Source of the DNA: Octopus sinensis
Taxonomy: Eukaryota
Direction: 5' to 3'
Length of the DNA: 64,000 bases
Assembly (NCBI RefSeq): GCF_006345805.1
Contig: NW_021832867.1
Coordinates: 1 to 64,000, forward strand
Below are positions 11,577 through 25,459 of the stretch, piece after piece (positions within the stretch are counted from its first letter, which is position 1; every line of letters starts with the position of its first letter). Both the position numbers and the translations under genes were made by a program. A model generated the notes under the pieces. It was given only the letters and a program-made list of their open reading frames with translations, searched no databases and was not told the DNA's origin.

Positions 11577-13693
11577 CAGTCCGACCCCAAAATGGGGCAG
11601 ACCCCAGGGGTGGGGCACCCTCGGATTTTGGGGCACCCCCGCAATTTGGGGCACTTTATTCCAAAAGTACATTTTGGCAGAAAAAAAATAAAAATCGATA
11701 AAAAATTATGGAATTTTTGGGGCACCATAAAATCATTTATAAGGAATTAAAATAAAATAAATTTATAATAAATTAATTATATTTTTGTTTTATTTTCAAT
11801 TTATATTTTTATTGTTGTGGTTATGGATTACGAAACTAAATTGAAGATTGCTAAAGAAATTTTGAAGAAAATTTATCTCACTGTTCTTCTATGCTGCAGT
11901 TTAATCGGGGAAAACTTAATCCATTGATTATTGGAAAATATAAAAAACCTCGGTGTCTAAAAAATTTTGATGTTCAAGATTTTGGGTTATTGTATTCATC
12001 TTCTCAAAATGCATGGATGACTGGAAAGACTTTTATGAGTTGGCTTACACTTATAAATGAATCGTTTTGCTGCAAAAACACAGAAAAATATTATAATACT
12101 TGACAATGCGGGATGCCATAAAACTGCCGAATGTTCGAACATCGAATTTTATTTTTGCCGAAAAATACAACGCCCTATTTACAACCTTTGGATATGGGAA
12201 TAATCAAGATTTTTAAAGATTATTATTCCTCTTTCTTAATGGAATTTTTATGTTTTCAAGATTTCGAAAACGATTTTACACATTCTATTGGTAAATTAAA
12301 TTTGCGTCAGGTTATGATGCTAATTTCAAAGGAATGGGAGAAAATAGATGCTAAAAGTATTGTTAATTGTTGGAAGAAAATCGACAGGAACCGTGATTCT
12401 TATGCAACAAAAAACTGTCTAACAGATGAACATTTAGATCAGAGTTTCCAAATGGGGAGGCGCGCCTCCCTAGGGAGGCGTTGACCGTGTCAAGGGAGGC
12501 GCGAAAAGTATTTCAGAAACATTTTTTAGAAAATTATATCTATCTATGTAAAAAACGTGACTATATTCCGATAATAAGAGTTATTAATTTAAAAATTATA
12601 TTTTTTCAAAAATTTGTTTAATTTATTAGACAATTAAATAATTTTAACACATGAATAAATTCTTGAGTGGTTGCAAAAGAAAATTCACGAATAATAAGAT
12701 TTTGACGATGGTTCAAAAAATCAAAATGATTGGAATATAATCAATACCACACTCCAAGACAAGAAATACTTTCCATCTCTTACTTATTGTAGGATTCACA
12801 CGTATCTTTGTTGATTCTATGGAAAAACCCCTCTGTTTGCTTTGCCTCAAAACACTTGCAGCAGATAGTATGAGGCCATGCAAATTAAGAAGACATTTTG
12901 AAACGATGCATTCTGAACATGTCCATAAGTCTGAAGAATTTTTTAAAAGAAAATTAGAAAGTTTGATAACCAAACGAAATCGTAAAAAAACTTGTTTCTG
13001 TCTCTTTCAATGCTTTACTAGCATCGTACAAAGTTTCTTACAGGATTGCAAAATGCAAGAAACCGCACAATATCGGAGAAACTCTATTTTGCCAGCAGCT
13101 ATCGAATGTTGAAGCAATGTTTGGCGAATCCTATGCAAAACAATTACAGCAAATACCGCTTGCTGATAACACAGTCGCTAGAAGAATTGATGACATATCT
13201 GAAGATCTTTGTGATCAGTTGGTTTCTCGACTACGTAATAATTGTATTATATTATGGAATATAAGGGAGGCGCAAGATTGTACTTTTTTCTAAGGGAGGC
13301 GCGTAAAAAAAAGCTGGAAACCTCTGATTTAGATCAAGTTGTTAACGAAACAATTGATGGAGAATGCGAAGACATGAACAATAATGTTTATGATACAATT
13401 CAGAAACCGAAAATAGTGAAAATGTCGTAGCAAAACAAAAGATCTGCTTAACATTTTAGAAGAAAAAATTTTTTAATGTTGCACCAAGTATGCTCCGAGA
13501 TTTTTTTGATTTTTCGGCTGAAATTGACGAACAATATCAGACAAACTCTACAAATAAAAAGAAATAACTGAATATTTTAGTAAAAATGTTTTTTGATGTT
13601 TATTAATGGTTTAATTTTTAAAAAAAACCAAACCCCTGTTTTTGCTTAAACCCGCATTTTGGGGCAATGGTGCCCCATTTGGGGGTCGGACTG
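11577..13693 (+). mobile_element. pogo/Tigger-family DNA transposon, defective
   Basis: TIRs CAGTCCGACCCCAAAATGGGGCA / TGCCCCATTTGGGGGTCGGACTG with a TA duplication. DDE fragments KPRCLKNF..NAWMTGKTF and FLPKNTTPYLQPLDMGIIK. Confidence 0.93.
12440..13326 (+). mobile_element. hAT (Buster/Charlie) internally deleted element nested in the pogo element
   Basis: Ends CAGAGTTTCCAA / CTGGAAACCTCTG; perfect 8-bp TSD ATTTAGAT (12432-12439 and 13327-13334). Zinc-finger-like KPLCLLC..SMRPCKLRRHFETMH. Confidence 0.93.
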
Positions 13694-13879
13694 TATTGGG
13701 TTTATTGTGCTGACAACAATCGAGGTGCATACTAGAGTATCTACGTTAATGCACATCTTCGAGTTCTCACACAAAGATTGAACTCGATTGGTTACAACTT
13801 TTTAGATTTTTTCCCAATGTTTAATAAAAATTAATTATGTAAATTCTATCTTAAATTATTAAGAATCCAGATCGTCAGT

Positions 13880-14260
13880 GATTTCTCTTCTTCGCTTGGA
13901 AGAAGAGTTTGCAACAAAATTCTCATCATTTTCCATTTCTGCGTCAAAGTAATTGTTCAACTGAGTGTCCTCACGACATGCAGCTCCGCAAGTTGATTGG
14001 CGGCAGAGGCGTACTCCTCGTGTCTACCTTCATCCCATGTCTGTGTTCAATAAGCATACTCTCTAGAGTCCTCTTCAGCACAACCGACTGGATGTATGTC
14101 CTCGTTCCTTCTTCAATGAATAATTTGTCCATATGACTTTTAAAGAACTTTGAGACAACTCCATCCCATGTCAAGTAATTATTGCAGAGCAAAAGATGCA
14201 CCTCAGCACTTCGTAATGCCTCTATGTGTTATTATAGTAAAGCACAATCCCGTACTCTGT
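13880..14260 (-). mobile_element. R4-clade retrotransposon 3' fragment
   Basis: LTWDGVVSKFFKSHMDKL..YIQSVVLKRTLESMLIEHRHG, matching the C-terminus of the element at 25854-26297. Confidence 0.85.
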
Positions 14261-14549
14261 GGCTAAATGAGATCAAGGTCTTTGCTTTAATTTTAAAGTA
14301 ATTATATTGCTCGCTTTGACGATAGAAAAATTCCTATTTTGCAAATATGAGAATACCTTTCAATCGAGGAGAGTTATTCTCATATCTTAGCCACGTTATG
14401 ACGACGATAAGTCAATTTACGGTTGTCAGGCTACTAAAGAATCTTTTTGAAGTTTGATAAATTTCTTCACATTACCTGATAGATCAAACGATTTGGCCCT
14501 GACCATTGAAAATGTGAAAACCGCTGATTTAGAAAATCTATAACAGTTT

Positions 14550-16772
14550 TGTTTTAACTCCGATTACCCCGCAACCTATGCCCCCAAGAAGATGTTCTAG
14601 ATGCTATTAATTCCCTCTCAACCGGCAGCTGCGGGGCATCGACGGACTGACTACGCCGGGGCATGTGAAATCTACTCTCAAGCCCCACAACCTGCGAGGC
14701 CGGCGCTCGGCTCCTCGTCTCCATAACTGCTCTGACAAACATGATCATCCAGGCACAAATCCCCGAGTACGCTCGGGACCTCCTATTTTCTGCAAACATC
14801 ACCGCATTGAGGAAGAAGGAAGGCGGGATCCGCCCTATTGCTGTTGGTACATTTTTTCGCCGTCTAGCTTCCAAAGTAGCCTGTAGACAAGTTACCAAGT
14901 CTTTGGGTCAGGAACTACGCCCGTTCAGTTGGGCGGTCGGTGTCCGCGGCGGCTGTGAAGCTGCTGTCCATGCTGCAAGAAAGTTTATTTCCGCCTCGAC
15001 GAAGGCCGATAACGCCTCTGTACTCGTGAAGCTAGACTTGACAAATGCCTTCAACAACAGTCTTCGTCGGGACTGTATTCTCGAAACTTGCTACCGCCGT
15101 GCTCCCTCATTGCCCGCTTGGTATCTATGGCTTACTCCAAGCCAAGCCTTCTTATTGCCGATGACCAAATCCTACATTCCAGCAACGGTGTTCAACAGGG
15201 CGACCCACTTGGCCCGTTGCTTTTTGCCTTGACGATCGATCCTGTTTGTTCGGAACATCTCATCTCGTTTCAATGTATGGTACCTGGACGACGCTACTAT
15301 CGGAGGTCCGGTAGCTTCTGTCCTTAAAGATTTGGAAAATCTGATCCCCTCCCTTAATTCTCTTGGCCTATCCATCAATCCGCTCAATCCGAAATTGCCA
15401 ATATTGGCTTTGCCCCAGAAGATTTTACCTCTGTATTTAATACGTTCTCGAATGTCCTTCCAATATCCGCAGGACCTTGATCGAAAATTTGAAAATCTTA
15501 GGGTCCCCTATATCTAATCTGGGTGTTGAATCATCCCTATATGCTAAACACCTCGCTGGTGGCAATTTCTAACAAACTAGCCAAAATCGATTCCCATTCC
15601 GCCTGTTTTTCCTACGCAATTGTTTTGCAATTCCAAAGCTTCTATTTATCCTCAGAAGTGCCCCATGTTTCTTTCCTGAGGGCTCTCGAATCATTTGATT
15701 TTTTGCTTAAATCCAGCTTGGAGTCCATTTGCAATATTACCTCTCGATGAGATCGGTTGGCAACAGGCCACACTTCTATAAGCCATGGCGGTATTGGTAT
15801 CCGATCATCTGTCGACCTTTCTATCTAATCCCGCGTACTTATCTTCAGTTAATGCGACCAACGATCTGGCCAGGAGATTCTCCAATCCGTAACCGAATCA
15901 TCTATGGACACAGAGTCGGTCGCCGCAGAAAGTTGCTGGCAAGGGATGTCTCTGGAAATCCCGGAGAATACACACGCTCAAGGCCAATGGGACCGGATCC
16001 TCTGCGACCACAAGATAAACAGCCTCAAGCCGAAACTCAATCAACATCGCTTGGCGTGCTTATTGGCCGCCTCGCAACCATATTCCGGTGCATGGCTTAC
16101 AGCAATCCCTATGGCGTCAATCGGCACCTTAATGGACAACGACTGTGTAAGGATTTCCGTCTCTCTCCGCCTCGGACTTCCCATTTGCAAAACACACCAG
16201 TGCCGCTGCGGTTTAAGAGTGGACCCATTTGGCCATCATCCCCTCTCCTGCTCACGTAGTGCCGGACGTTTCCCACGACACGCCGCAATCAACGACACCG
16301 TGAGCCGTGCCCTAACGACGGCGGGGTTCCCTAATGAGCTCGAACCGTTCGGGCTCGACAGAGGCGACGGTAAGCGCCCGGATGGCATGACAATCTTCCC
16401 GTTTGAAAAGGGAAATGCCTTATCTGGGACGCCACCTGCTCCGACACTTTCTCCGCCAAGAATCTAATTGCCCTCCGCTGCGGAACCGGGCTCAGTTGCA
16501 AAGCAGGCGGAACTAACAAAACAGAAGAAGTACCGGGTCCTGGCAATGAATCACCTATTCACTGCAGTCGCGGTGGAAAACTCTGGAGTCATCGGTCCGC
16601 AGACGCTATCGTTTCTCCTTCTCCGCCGCCTTGGATCTAAGCTCGTGGTTGCCACGAAAGATCCCAACGAGTCGATCAGACTCTTTCAAAGGATCTCATT
16701 GGCCATCATGCGCGGGAATTGCCAGTCGATTCGCTGCGCATTTTAACTCTTTTCGTTTCAAAAAAAAAAAAA
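14550..16772 (+). mobile_element. CRE-clade non-LTR retrotransposon, 5'-truncated, frameshifted, poly(A)-tailed
   Basis: GGIRPIAVG, KLDLTNAFN, GVQQGDPLGPLLFAL, WYLDD, CRCG..HPLSC..RH, KRPDG, RISLAIMRGN; A13 at 16760-16772. Confidence 0.95.
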
Positions 16773-17511
16773 GTTTGTTTAACGCTTAGAATTTATAAAT
16801 CAATTTTTTATAAAAGTTTAAAATTACATTGGAATTTGTTTCATACGATTTTTGACACCGTACAAAAGAAACGACCTTTATTCCTATAATTGAAGAAAGG
16901 AATAGACACACAGACAGCTTTCAAAGAAATCAAAGCTGGCAATGATTGCAAAATTTAACCAAAAATTTCAAAATCCACAATTTTGTAAAAATCATGGTGT
17001 TGTGTTAATACATATCCGAAATGATTTTTGCTTTCCGAAATAAACATCCATACAACAATATACTTGGTTTTCAAACCTTCAAATATTTTAGAGACCAAAA
17101 ATATAAGGGTTATGTAAATAGCATTTCCGCTTGCCATAAGTACGAAGTGCCTAAGGTTTCGCTTATGCCAGCCAAACAATTTTTTAAGAAAAGAGAGAAC
17201 AAAAAATAAAAGTCATACTAAAATAAAAAAACAATTTTAGATAATTAAGTTTTAGTTTATTTTATGGGCTCGTTAAGGCAAAATAAATTCTTAAAACTGG
17301 ATATTTTGGAGAATATCAGAAACAGGAAATTAAAAATCAGAATAAATGCATATTTTTTTTTCATTCAAAATGAATAATATTTTCTGGCTATTTTTCAATT
17401 TTAATAACTATTTTAGATTAAATATTAAATTAACTTAAATAATATTTTAATATTCATTCTTTAAAAATTACATTTAAATATATTTACATATTTATTAACT
17501 TGAGCTAATTA

Positions 17512-20500
17512 ATGAAGATAAAGGTTTGGAAATTTCGAAATGCAGTTGCTCAAATTCCTCAAATTCGGTTAGATAGAAATGGTTATTAAAAGGAAATGAT
17601 TAACTCTATTAATCCGTGCATGGATATAAGCAATGCTTTTCCCGGTTCATTTATAAAATCAAACGACAAAATAATTGCGTTCTTCTCGGCAAAAAATGGT
17701 TAGAATTGCTTTTAATAAATTTATTTTATCTTAGGGAGATCAATATGTGCGATTCCAGCAAACAATCAAAGATTTGATTTAGAGCAGTCATTTCAATTTT
17801 CTCAATCAGGTCTCGTTACCGATTTTGACTTTAATCCGTGCAATTCTGACCAAATAATCACGTGTTCTACTTCAGAAATTTCTCTTTTCAATTTACAAAA
17901 TCCTCATATTGCAATTTCAACCTTTTGTAGTTCAGCAGACTTTATTAGACCCAATACCTATGTTGACGGACTTATATTTGCGTCTTCCATCACTGGGTCC
18001 TTTCTTTACGACTTTGCTTCAGAAAAAGAAATCAGTTTTGTAATAGTAAAATATAAATTCAAGAACTACCTAATAATGAAATACAGTATTGTGGAGGAGG
18101 ATGGAATTCTGATTTTGGCTGCAATAAAATTGTTTTAACAACTAAAAATGGGAAAGGAGTCATTCTTGATCCCAGATCATCTTCAAATACAGTCAGTATA
18201 TTAATTTATTACATTTAATCGTTAATTTTATTCGATTGAATTATAATTGGCTTTAGGTATTTGATCTATTCTATCGTAATGGCTCTAATTCTGCTTTGTG
18301 GTTTTCAGAAAATTATATTTTTACGTCAGGAATTAGTAAAGTATTTAATATTGTTAATTGAAATCTTCAGACCAGTCAGAGTCGACAATTTACAATATTT
18401 GACGTACGTAACACCAGTAAATCGATTTCATCATTAAATATGAGTGGTGGCTCAAAGTCAAATTTTGATTTGTTTTACTTTTTAGTTGCTATAAATTGCT
18501 ATACGATTCTGATACTGAAATGCTATTTAGTTATTGCAGAGTATTAATACGTTTTAATGTTTAATGACTATTAGGGTGAAAATTCAATAATATTTTCTCA
18601 TTTGGAGAAAACAAATCCGTGTGTAACTCAAAGTATTAATTATTATTATTTTTAAGTATCAAATCTCTCTTTGTCATCTCAAATAAAGGATGCTAGCATA
18701 ATTGGAAAGCAAGGATTAAATGTTTTTGATTGTGAGTTGAATCGTCTTCATGTTTTGACAAGCAATTCAATTATTCCATTATCATATAAATTGTTACAAA
18801 AAGTTATATTTAACAATTTAACCCTTTAATAGATAAAGGGAGAATTCAAACATGAACTTTTCCCAGATACTTTTGCCACGGAGGGAATTCAGTCGCTAAA
18901 CGAATGGCTTTCATGCTCCGGATTAAAAGAGGTTGTATGTGTGTTGAATACTGATTGCAGCGACCAAAAGTATCTATGAAGCCAAAAACAATACAAAATC
19001 AGATCACAGATGCGGAAAGTTTCAATGATGATCAACAAAACACTCAAATTCAGGATATAACAGAAACTTCAGAAATTTTCAATAAAAAAAGTATAAGATA
19101 TCTTGACTAATGATATAATTAGCTACTTTCAAGTCAAAAATAATAGACGTTAATTTATATCCAGCATATACGCGCATCACAAACATTCATGATGTTGGAA
19201 TTAACTTAGGTCCACATTCAACCTCATTTGTTATCTCGTCTTCGATGAACGGTCAAAATTCTCAATTCTTTGCATTAACAGTTGGTACAACAGCTTTCCG
19301 TAACTATGTCAGAATTTTACCAGTATTTTTATAATTTTGTATTGTTTACAGATGAACAAGTTCGGTAGAGCGGATGAGCATTCTATCATAAATAAAATAG
19401 AAAATACTTCTCCTGTTTCTGAAATGGCTGTCGATCCCCATAACACAGATCAGCTCGCAATTGGTTCATTTATGAAATACTAAGAATAACAGGATTTCTA
19501 AACTCGACAATCGCGATATACATAATTTATCCAAATACGGCTACTAACAAATTTCTTGGATTCCTTAATAATGGACATGACTCTAGAATAAATATCTTAC
19601 TATATAATCAATATGCTGCAAACATATTGGCTTCTGCCGATGCTTCAGGTAATGTGGCGATTTGGAATACGCTTGATTTTGTACTTATTTGTAAAACAAA
19701 ATTGGATTATCAAGTTGTATTTATAATGAGTAAAAAATAGTGTCTGGCCATTGCTTGGAGCTTCTGTGGATATCGTCTATGTTGCTTCGAAGAGGACGGA
19801 CAACTTGATTTGTATACCTGGAATAAAGGAGCGTTGCATTTGGTGAGTTAGATCGCAAGTCTATTTATAGAGTGCAAAATCAAAAATAAAAAATGCTAAA
19901 AAATGGGCAAGATGTGCTTGGAGTAGAAATGACGAGTTCATTTTAATTACATCATATTCAAATCAGTCATAAATTTAGTTGTGGATAATTTATATAGAAA
20001 TCGGCAAAGAAATCTCCTTGTTGTAGCTGCGAATGACGATCTGAAAGAACTTGATAGGATTGAACTTGGAGATGGAGCTTCTCCAGTATGTTTGTTTATT
20101 GATGCTGACACAAACATTATAATACTTTCTGCTAGGGTAATACCAATTTAGAACTGAATTTTATTTTAGGGAGAAGTTCTAATAAACTTTGCCTATCTAG
20201 ATTATCAAAATGAGAATCACGTTTTTCTTGAAAGGCTTAAGGGAGATTCTGTTCCTAGAGAATACCGACAATTAGGATTTCTTCACAAATGTCATTGTGA
20301 TGTAAAGAAAATTGAAATAGCTGTCGGTTATTTGCTTGTTAGTTCTTCTATTGAGAAAATTTCATTCAAAATAACTCGTTATCGGGTTATCAGTTTTAAT
20401 AAAGATTTTCAGCCCGAATATTTTCAAGATGACATCTTCAAGCCTACTCCTGTGCTATGGGAACCGACCGTTTCTGCCAGTGAATGGATAAGTTGTTTGA

Positions 20501-20784
20501 AAAGGGATTACAAATATCTTGATCTAGCGCCGCCTGGAATGATATCATGTTCATATTTTTAATTTTTCATTATAGTGAGTCATGCTCCGCCAATTAAAAG
20601 AGAAAATAAATATAAATCTTACAACCGAGAGACATATAAAAGCGAAGACAATAACCTAAATTTAGTAATTAAAAGAGGTATATGTAGATTTTCGACAATA
20701 TGTGTGTCAACACAATAGATGACACTGCTCGGCATCTGGAGGACGATGAAAATTGGGTTACACCATATTTTTAATTTATAGTAA
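17512..20784 (+). CDS. CORO7: Coronin-7-like tandem-coronin WD40 protein, many tiny introns
   Basis: N-terminal KFRN..FIKSN..IIAF, internal FKHELFPDT, second repeat with YFQDDIFKPTPVLWEPTVSASEW, acidic end EDDENW; introns of about 25-35 nt. Exon joins were read by eye. Confidence 0.82.
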
Positions 20785-21089
20785 ATTTTCGTCAAGAAAT
20801 AGCGTAATTTAATAAGATAACACGGATATTATATAAAGTTTTTTAATTTATTTTTAAAATTCTAAAATCGGTACAAACATTTTGTATTGACTGTAAATTT
20901 CTGACTACCAATATCTTCATAACTAACAGAATTAGATTTAAATCGGTTTTTTTTTCATTAAAAAAAGTCTATATTTCATTATCAGTTTTTTCATAAGAAT
21001 TTATATATTTATTACGGTATCCTTCATCATAATGACTTTTTGACAAGTATTTGACAGGTGTAATGTTCATCTATACTGCAATAAGTGTG

Positions 21090-21830
21090 ATATTGGCGGG
21101 GTTAAGCTAGAGAGGGGCATATTAAATGGCGACAGAATATCTATATTTCTGTTCGCCCACTGTCTAGAACAGCTGAATAGAGTTCACACTTACCAATTTG
21201 AACAAATATCGATGGATGGTCAAGCACGTTTTAGCTCAAACCAGCTCATCACTCGTTGGGAGAAACTCTGGAAGGTTTCATAAAGTACTTATGGCTGGAT
21301 CTCACCTAAAACATGTTGGCATCTAACACACCTGTCTGTGGTGATCTAATCAAGGATTTGAAAAATACCAAGGATATTAGTGTCGTGGTTTGGTTGAACA
21401 GCGTCATTAATCATTCCCAAACGAGGAAGTATGTAGTGGAAGGTGTGGTAATAGGGAAGCAATGTTATGCAAAACTAGCCTCAATGTACAAAACTCATTC
21501 TATGAATCAATTAGTATGTTGTCGTGATCGAATTTTAGCAAAGTGAGTACGATGAAACAGACCTTATTGTCTGAAAAGTACTTAGAAGGAATCACCTCCA
21601 CGTGTTGCCAAGCGATAAAGAAAAATTATACAGTCCGACCTTGAATTGGAACACTAAGTGTTCCAAAACTGAGGTGTTCCAGTCCCGAGGTCTGTTCAAA
21701 ATCGAGGTCGGACTGTACTTGTCTGGGGGACAGCTAGAACGTGAACTGAGTAACATCTTCCACTTAAGATGCAGCACACCGTAAATCAAGCCTTTTCAAA
21801 ATTTTGAATGACCAGGCGGAATGGAAAAAA
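21090..21830 (+). mobile_element. Mixed degraded non-LTR fragments (R4-like RT piece, RTE-like 3' region)
   Basis: VKLERGILNGD..IFLF resembles VKLERGILQGDSLSP of the R4 element; the downstream sequence is heavily eroded. Confidence 0.45.
21631..21715. mobile_element. 85-bp pogo-type MITE
   Basis: TA-CAGTCCGACCT...AGGTCGGACTG-TA; the first 10 nt equal the TIR of the pogo element at 11577. Confidence 0.85.
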
Positions 21831-23058
21831 TTGGCTTATGCGATCTCCAATGGTCGGACACGACTTAATTGGATAACCTAACCTAAGTTCTGATGTTACG
21901 TCAACCGTATAGTAAAATTTTTACAGCAATTGTTCGTCACTTAATTTGTCAAATAATTTTTTGCTCATTAAAAAATTGATTTTTGATTTTTATGAGAAGA
22001 TAAACCTTTTTTTCCATAGTCTCCCAGATAACTTAGAATAATATTTCTTATTTTTTCATCCAAATAATTGATCTCGTCAAGATTTAGTATTTTAAGCAAA
22101 AATTGAAATGATTCCAATCAATGTTGCTGATATTATAACAAAGAAATACATTCTCAGTGAGAACTGTTCCCGTTCGTAATTTCGTCGTTTGTGGAAGATA
22201 ATCACTCCCCTCACCATTTTCAACATGAGGCCGGTCACACAAACCACTTAAGGCACTTGCAACAATGAAAAACCCTAATTCATCATCACTTTGCTGCCGA
22301 AAGTGGTAAGCTCGTCAGACATTAAAACTTAAAAAATCGAAGATTTTTAAATCTCAGATAGGCAATTTCCAGCCAGTCGAATGTCGTATTTCAACTGGAT
22401 ACAGCATCTATTACAACGCCGAATACAACACATATGACAATACTTAATATACCAAACGAAAACAAATAGCTGTGCTACAGATACTCATTTCACTGAAATG
22501 ACTTTTAATTAAGAAACAGTACAAGAAAGTTGGGATCAACAGATAAAATCGCAAAAACAACTAGACCTGGGATAAGAACCACGATCTCGTCAATAATGCT
22601 GTATTCATAGTTATTAGAGGCTTTGTTTTTCTGTTAAAGATAATTTTAAAATCAAAATATCACAATTTGAATTTGAGAAATATTTAGATCTTGTTTTCTT
22701 GTTAAATGTTTTGGCACACTCTGAAAAAAGATGATCCTCTTTTAGATTCTGGAGTACTCTTTTAGAGGCGTTTGAACTAAAATTTGGGAATTCCTTTTAG
22801 ATAGTAGTACAGTGGCATTGCAAACGTTGATCAATTCATACACAAGTCCACATGACAGACGGTAACGAAATCAGAAAATAGTCCTTTTGAGATGAGGTCT
22901 GGTGCAAGAAGAATCCCCCTAAGTGAGTTAGGGTCGTGGTCACCGGTATCGAGAGTGCACTTTTGGAGTTAACTGAAGAATTTATTAAACAGACCGTTAA
23001 GTGGTCCTGCGATTGGAAGACATTTGGATGTGATAGAGTGTATAATTTATTCAAAGCC

Positions 23059-25423
23059 TGATAAACTATATTTCCTTGGATGTCCACTCAGTGAAGACGA
23101 ACTCAGGAACCATCTACTTTCTAAAAATGAAGAATTATCTCGCCTCGCAAAAAGATTGTCATGCCTCGACTCTCACACATCCTTCTTCCTGATGAGAAAC
23201 AACATCGGACTACCCAAGCTTTTATACCTACTGCGAAGTTCACCCTGCCACGAACATTACGACAGTCTACTTTCGATAGACAAATCTCTCAAACAAACTG
23301 TTGAGTCACTAATCAACGTCCGCTTCGACGAACTCGGTTGGAAGCAATGTAAGCTTCCCTCTGGATTTGGGGGTGTCGGTCTAAGATCGGCGCTGGAGGT
23401 CGCGTACCCGGCATATCTTTCGTCTCTCTCAAGCTGCAACCATTTGACACTGCAAGTCCTTCGTCACACTATTGGACTTCGCTGGAATGAGTCATTTGAT
23501 GAAGCTTGCCGGGATTGGAACGGGTCAGGACTCAAAATCCCCGAAGACAAACGAAACAAAGGAACTGGGATAACATTGTCTGCTCCAAAATTTCAGAAGG
23601 GCTTAAAAAAGAAGCAAATCAACATCGCCTTGCTTGCCTGGTGTCAGCCTCAAGTGGAGGGAGCGGAGCATGGCTTGGTGCAATCCCTTGCCCAAATCTC
23701 GGGACTTTTTTGGACGACGATTCTTTGAGGATTGGAATCGGACAAAGACTTGGACTAGACGTTTGCCAGGAGCACCGATGCCGCTGCGGGAAAACGGTCG
23801 ATGCGAAGGGATTGCACCCGCTATCCTGCAGGAGATCCGCCGGAAGAGGACCACGTCACGCCGCTCTGAACGACGTGATCGTCAGAGCTCTGAAGGCTGC
23901 AGGATCATTCGAGGAAACATACAACTCTTTACGTCAAGCACTTCCCGCATTAAAACACTTGGGATTGGACATCAATATTAACAAATCAGAGTTAATAAAT
24001 GTCTCATACTCAAACACCGACCTTCTCTCTATCAAGGAGTTTTTCAACGAACTGCTTCCCGGGATCCCGACTGTGCCAGTTGATAAACTATATTTCCTTG
24101 GATGTCCACTCAGTGAAGACGAACTCAGGAACCATCTACTTTCTAAAAATGAAGAATTATCTCGCCTCGCAAAAAGATTGTCATGCCTCGACTCTCACAC
24201 ATCCTTCTTCCTGATGAGAAACAACATCGGACTACCCAAGCTTTTATACCTACTGCGAAGTTCACCCTGCCACGAACATTACGACAGTCTACTTTCGATA
24301 GACAAATCTCTCAAACAAACTGTTGAGTCACTAATCAACGTCCGCTTCGACGAACTCGGTTGGAAGCAATGTAAGCTTCCCTCTGGATTTGGGGGTGTCG
24401 GTCTAAGATCGGCGCTGGAGGTCGCGTACCCGGCATATCTTTCGTCTCTCTCAAGCTGCAACCATTTGACACGGCAAGTCCTTCGTCACACTATTGGACT
24501 TCGCTGGAATGAGTCATTTGATGAAGCTTGCCGGGATTGGAACGGGTCAGGACTCAAAATCCCCGAAGACACAACGAAACAAAGGAACTGGGATAACATT
24601 GTCTGCTCCAAAATTTCAGAAGGGCTTAAAAAAGAAGCAAATCAACATCGTCTTGCTTGCCTGGTGTCAGCCTCAAGTGGAGGGAGCGGAGCATGGCTTG
24701 GTGCAATCCCTTGCCCAAATCTCGGGACTTTTTTGGACGACGATTCTTTGAGGATTGGAATCGGACAAAGACTTGGACTAGACGTTTGCCAGGAGCACCG
24801 ATGCCGCTGCGGGAAAACGGTCGATGCGAAGGGATTGCACCCGCTATCCTGCAGGAGATCCGCCGGAAGAGGACCACGTCACGCCGCTCTGAACGACGTG
24901 ATCGTCAGAGCTCTGAAGGCTGCAGGCTTCCCAGCACAGCTTGAACCAGTGGGTCTCGATCGAGGTGATGGAAAGAGACCTGACGGGATGACTCTATTCC
25001 CTTTCAACTCCGGACGATCTTTGGTCTGGGACGCAACTTGCGTCGATACTTACTCGAGCACGAATCTCCTTAAATCGGTTCAGACACCTGGAGCAGCTGC
25101 CTCAATCGCGGAAAACCTTAAAACCAAAAAATATTCCTTCCTCGGGGACCGCTACAGATTCACCCCTGTTGCGGCTGAGTCATCAGGAGCAGTTGGCCCA
25201 GCGACTGCCGAGTTCTTGCGCGAACTCGGAAGAATGCTCGCCACAAAGAAGAATGATCCTCGTGAAGGAGTATGGCTAAGACAAAGGATCGGAATAGCCA
25301 TACTCCGAGGGAACTCGCTTTCCATACAGGCAGCGGGCTTCCTCAATTGATTTCTCAAATCAATCTCTTCTCTTTCGATATAATAACTTTTATCAGTAAA
25401 TTGCAATTAAAAAATAAAAAAAA
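23059..25423 (+). mobile_element. CRE-clade retrotransposon 3' half with internal tandem duplication
   Basis: The 614-aa ORF 23506-25350 has the CCHC knuckle twice and one RLE (KRPDG..WDATCVD..RGN). 23059-23903 is repeated at 24081-24926. An A-rich tail lies at about 25410-25423. Confidence 0.95.
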
Positions 25424-25459
25424 TTCTGTATAAAATTTATTCAAAAAAGAGTGTATAAT

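Larger units (their letters stand above)
10920..13800 (-). mobile_element. R4-clade retrotransposon 3' region split by a pogo element
   Basis: Removing 11577-13693 plus one TA rejoins K-P-N-I-V-V-H-D-K of the RLE (KPD-I motif), which continues ...KYDFSANEPELMHQSKV. Confidence 0.8.

Noticed and set aside
16860-17210. Mariner-like HTH remnant or small gene upstream of coronin-7
   Set aside because: The similarity is too weak (GIDTQTAFKEIK..ISKSTI) and there are no TIRs.
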